Shown here: piece after piece, positions 60,723-64,000 of the stretch
Layout of the letters: every line of letters begins with the position of its first letter
Numbering within the stretch: position 1 is the first letter of the stretch
Source of the DNA: Marsupella aquatica
Lineage: Eukaryota > Plantae > Marchantiophyta
DNA: 64,000 nt
NCBI GenBank assembly: GCA_973895155.1
Contig: OZ316892.1
Location: 7,609,251 to 7,673,250, forward strand
Direction: 5' to 3'
Translations under genes and position numbers: made by a program
Notes under the pieces: model-generated
Database searches by the model: none
What the model was told of the DNA's origin: nothing
The model's input: the letters and a program-made list of their open reading frames with translations, nothing else

Positions 60723-60870
60723 TCAAATTGACGGCATGACATCTTCGGCCAAAAGTGAGGGTCTTGTGAATATACGGGAACAATATTTTCATAGTCCAAA
60801 CTCAAATTGACGGTATAACATCTTCAACCAAAAGTGAGGGTCTAGTGAATATACGGGAACAATCTTTTCA
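60723..60870. repeat. 79-bp tandem duplication
   Basis: TCAAATTGACGG.AT.ACATCTTC..CCAAAAGTGAGGGTCT.GTGAATATACGGGAACAAT.TTTTCA at 60723 and 60802. Confidence 0.9.
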
Positions 60871-62695
60871 GAGTTAGGAGACTAAACTGTTCGAAGAAAT
60901 AAGTGTGCTGCTCATCTCAATATCAGGGAGCAAATAACGTAACTTTGTGCGTGGGCCTGTATTGCACATCATTGCTGTCCCAGAGTCGCACATCCATGAA
61001 AATTGTTTTTCACAATGGTAGTGATTGGAGTCGAGAATTTAGGACGAGAACCTGGCACCCAGAGTACTATAGATGACGTTCATGCAGTAGACGTGCTTCC
61101 AACCTCAGACAATGAGGTAACTAAATAATAGCAAATGTTCTGTATACTCTTTGTGATGTACTGCATTGTACCTTGGGTTGTCTGCTTTTATTAATCTTGT
61201 AGACGTCATTTTGTTTCCACTCGTGAGGCCCATCGTGCAAGGCATGCTAGGTCTTGGCAAAACAGTGTCTCCCTCATTTCCATCTGGGTCGTCTGTTTCG
61301 GATCTCACATACTGAGTAGTTCAATTTGCTACCACCAGCTCTACTACTGTCTTGAGAACAGTGCTCCGAGTCTCTCTAAAAACCCAAGATGAAAAACCCT
61401 GGATGAGATGCATGAGCGATGCATGATGCCGTGCTACCTCCTCGTCCAGAACGTGCAGATGTGCTACAGAGCACTTTCGCATGCTGTGCGTCCGGAACAT
61501 GCAGAGAACATGCAGATTTGCTACAGAGCACTGTTCGTATGATGAGGTACACTCGCGACAATGATGTGAAAACTCCAGTGAGCTTAAACAGCTCACAACA
61601 AAATCTAGTGAGGGTCAGTCCCACCACAAGTTCACACACCATCCACAAGTTAACACACCATCCACAAGTGCTCTAAAACAGATCTATAGTATAGATACAA
61701 GTGAGATCGTCATTGTGGTCTTTATCCATGCGCCCTCCCTGACGTTTTCCTAGGGTTGGCCAATTGAATGGGACTGTCAGTAACTAATCAACTCATAACT
61801 GTAGATCCTCTGGTTTTAGAGAATGGGGCGACAGTTCTTCCTTGTTTGGACGGCACGGCTTCACAACTCGAGCAGAATGGCTCCTAAAGATTCCGGAATA
61901 GGATCGACCTTAGAATCCAGAAGTATCGATGCTTTGAATCCAGAAAGTCTCTCAGTACTTCTTAGAGGGTTGTGATTCCCACATTAGGACGAATCCTTTC
62001 AGCACAAATATTTACTGATTCGAGACAAGATGGAAGGAAAACTACATCATCAAACTATATGCCATGAAATGACAATCAGGGATTGGAACTAGCCTTCGAG
62101 GATTCCTGCTAATCCCATCAACATGCCTATTAACACTCCTCTAAATAATATGAAGACTCGAGAGTCCCAACTGCATCTACAACCTGTACATCCAAAGATG
62201 AAGACTGTAACCGCAGCTTCAGTCGAAAGATGGTGATTTGTTTACAACACTTGTTATTCAGTAGTTTTCGGATTTATTTCGCATCACTAGCTGCAGATTC
62301 CGACACCGACAGGACAGCACAAGAAGGCCACTGGACCATACCATACGATTTGCAGTCAACAAACAACGGTGTAAACCCATCTCACTACCACCACCCCAAA
62401 AGCTGCTACAGTGCGTCCAACGTAAATATATGAACGACACAAAACTAGTGCATAGATCAAAGAAGTTCGAGGCAGACATTATAGTTATTAGGCCCGACTA
62501 TTTCCAAGAAGTGGGTTACGAAGAAACCGAAGGGAATCGACGGAGCAGAGAGAACACCAAAGATCTTATTCCATCGAAACGTACTTTGATGTGGCCGAGA
62601 GAACAGCGAAAAGATTAATCGGCAGGGATTCAAAGCTCACCAACAAGCAAACAAAGGGAAGGTTCTACTTCGACGAGGCAAAGAGAACAGAGGAT

Positions 62696-62890
62696 ATCTA
62701 TTTCCATGAGAACATACTTCGATGTAGCAGAAAGAACACCGGAAATCTACTTCCATGATGACATACTTCGATGTAGCAGTGAGAGCACCGAAAACCTACC
62801 TCCATGAAAGCATACTTTGAAGTAGCAGAGAGGACAACGAAATCTACTTCCATGAGAACATATTTCGATATACCAGAGTGAACACCGAAG
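62696..62890. repeat. Tandem repeat, 48-49-bp unit x4
   Basis: CTA.(T/C)TCCATGA...CATA.TT.GA..TA.CAG...GAACACCGAA, with CCATGA at 62704, 62753, 62802 and 62850. Confidence 0.9.
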
Positions 62891-63021
62891 AGAGAAGGGA
62901 ATCGAAATCTCGAATTCAGCAATACTACAAGGACCTCGCGGACTGCGCAGACAGCAAAACGCACTGAATCGTTACTTCCTCTTCCTCCTGTATACATAAG
63001 AGGTCCTCGCTTGTTTCTTGA

Positions 63022-63105
63022 GCTTGAGCTCCTAAACCCTAAACTAGCCCAACCGCAAATTGAAGCATGAGCTCCTAAACCCTAGACTCGCCCAACGGCA
63101 ACTTT
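63022..63105. promoter_or_regulatory. Duplicated telo-box plus site II-like module
   Basis: GAGCTCCTAAACCCTA(A/G)ACT.GCCCAAC occurs twice. AAACCCTA (telo-box) next to GCCCA (site II / TCP) is a known plant housekeeping-promoter combination. Confidence 0.4.
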
Positions 63106-64000
63106 ATTAACGGATAGTCCACCGTGCATTACTGCAGCGTGTATAAGTGCATCAAGTAATTCAGTGCAAGCTTGCCATGTGGTCCCATAATAATGCCGGT
63201 ATTTCCTTTGTAGATAGACCAAACAGTGTATTTTACTTATAGGGTTATTTTACTTATAGGGTAGTGGCGGTGGGGTTACTAGTCTGTAAAGCTCTAACAA
63301 GAAATTGAAGAAAGCTGAAAAACAGTAACTGGGAAGTTTTTATGAGCTTTGTGAGAACACGAGCTTTGTGAGAACAGTTTTCAGACTAGAACCCTAGCCT
63401 AAATAGTCATTATCAATCATATGTAATAACTGCCCAGAAAAAAGACTACCGGGTAAGATTTTCAGGGCACAGGGTTATGGTAAGGGTAGCACCTAGTAGA
63501 AAAGGTTACACACCAGAACCTTTCTTCGTGACAAGAGTTACTTAAATGCAAGAAGAACCTGACAAGAGTTACTTAAATGCAAGAAGAACCTCACGAAACA
63601 ACAAATTATATGTAACTCCAACCAAGAAGAGTACATATGCATCTACCACGTGCTGCAATTCCTAAGTAAACTTTAATTGATAAGTCAGTCTATGCACTCA
63701 GTCAGTTGAATCATGTAATATAAGGGCTTTGGGTATGAGGAAATGCATAAGTGATTCCACTGTATGCACTTTGGAGAAGTGCATAAATGACATCTCACTC
63801 ACTTATAGTGCATGCCATGGATGTGAGCACGCTTAGGGTGACTTCCTTGGAACCTGCACTTAGACAGGGTACTGTATTATTGCCATCTTGGCTGGCACAA
63901 AAAAAATTAAAAAATTAAGATTTTGGACTTGACTGACAAAACATTTTATAGGAGGGTTTAGGGTTTAGAATCATGCAAATTGAAAGAATTATAGGTATAT

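Overview
Land-plant nuclear DNA, probably from a non-seed plant such as a bryophyte (an inference from the CCCATAA-type snRNA promoter element). It has four intronless protein-coding genes: a RIN4/NOI-family immune regulator (202-1197) and three paralogous four-EF-hand calmodulin-like (CML) genes (11811-12590 +, 19594-20400 -, 49855-50637 +). A deleted tandem pseudo-copy of the third CML lies at about 46380-47140. Two RNA genes are not shown by the ORF track. One is a complete U1 snRNA gene (19056-18898, - strand) with an upstream sequence element (USE) and 3' box. The other is a ~1-kb imperfect fold-back (58282-59305) behind a TATA box, whose arm differences are mostly G:U-compatible on the + strand. 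It is a candidate long hairpin or MIRNA-like small-RNA precursor and the most interesting object in the window. The rest is repeat-rich: a decayed L1-type LINE interrupted by a Tourist-like MITE, a mariner-like element, an 8-bp-TSD G-rich element, solo LTRs, two inverted copies of a 1466-bp element, and many short tandem duplications. Most short ORFs in the track are spurious. All alignments were done by eye.
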